This document shows positions 63,645 through 64,000 of a stretch of 64,000 bases of DNA, piece by piece; positions within the stretch are counted from its first letter, which is position 1, and each line of letters starts with the position of its first letter. The stretch spans positions 32,736,001 to 32,800,000 of the forward strand of contig NC_043017.1 of NCBI RefSeq assembly GCF_006345805.1, written 5' to 3'. The position numbers and the translations under genes are program-made. The stretch is from Octopus sinensis (Eukaryota). Under the pieces are notes generated by a model that ran no database searches, had not been told where the DNA came from, and saw nothing but the letters and a program-made list of their open reading frames with translations.

Positions 63645-64000
63645 CATCATCATCATCATCATCATCATCGTTTAACGTCCGCTTTCCATGCTAGCATGGG
63701 TTGGACGGTTCAACTGGGGTCTGGGGAGCCCGAAGGCTGCACCAGGCCAGTCAGATCTGGCAGTGTTTCTACAGCTGGATGCCCTTCCTAACGCCAACCA
63801 CTCTGAGAGTGTAGTGGGTGATTTTATGTGCCACTGACACAGGTGCCAGACGAGGCTGGCAGACGGCCACGCTCGGATGGTGTTTTTTACGTGCCACCGA
63901 CACAGGTGCCAGAAGAGGCTGGCAGACGGCCACGCTCGGATGGTGTTTTTATGTGCCACCGACACAGGTGCCAGACGAGGCTGGCGAACGGCCACGCTTG
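63645..64000 (-). mobile_element. Family D element with ~60-bp internal tandem repeats, running off the window end
   Basis: (CAT)n start; GTGCCAC.GACACAGGTGCCAGA.GAGGCTGGC...GGCCACGCT is repeated three times. Confidence 0.88.

Noticed and set aside
63825-64000. CRISPR-like array
   Set aside because: Whole units repeat with no unique spacers; eukaryotic context with no cas genes.

Overview
AT-rich, microsatellite- and transposon-dense eukaryotic non-coding DNA. The repeat families resemble those of octopus (coleoid cephalopod) genomes; this is recognition by eye, not a database result. No intact host protein-coding gene is supported, and nearly all supplied ORFs are artefacts of simple repeats or SINEs. 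The window holds four abundant SINE-type families, decayed LINE ends (RTE, R4/Dong-like) and two Penelope-like element (PLE) coding relics (GIY-YIG endonuclease and RT thumb). It also holds mariner, hAT, piggyBac-type and Helitron non-autonomous elements. The most striking signal is a set of sequence-diverse type I hammerhead ribozyme (HHR) motifs (CUGANGA...GAAA, palindromic stem III, often a long stem II). About nine are near-complete and several more are decayed. They sit in short non-coding units bounded by (TA)n. Two units are long foldback palindromes carrying the HHR on both strands, and one is a head-to-tail ~441-bp dimer resembling a retrozyme. Several units share a conserved 3' terminal motif. 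All folds and coordinates were read by eye and need computational and biochemical confirmation.
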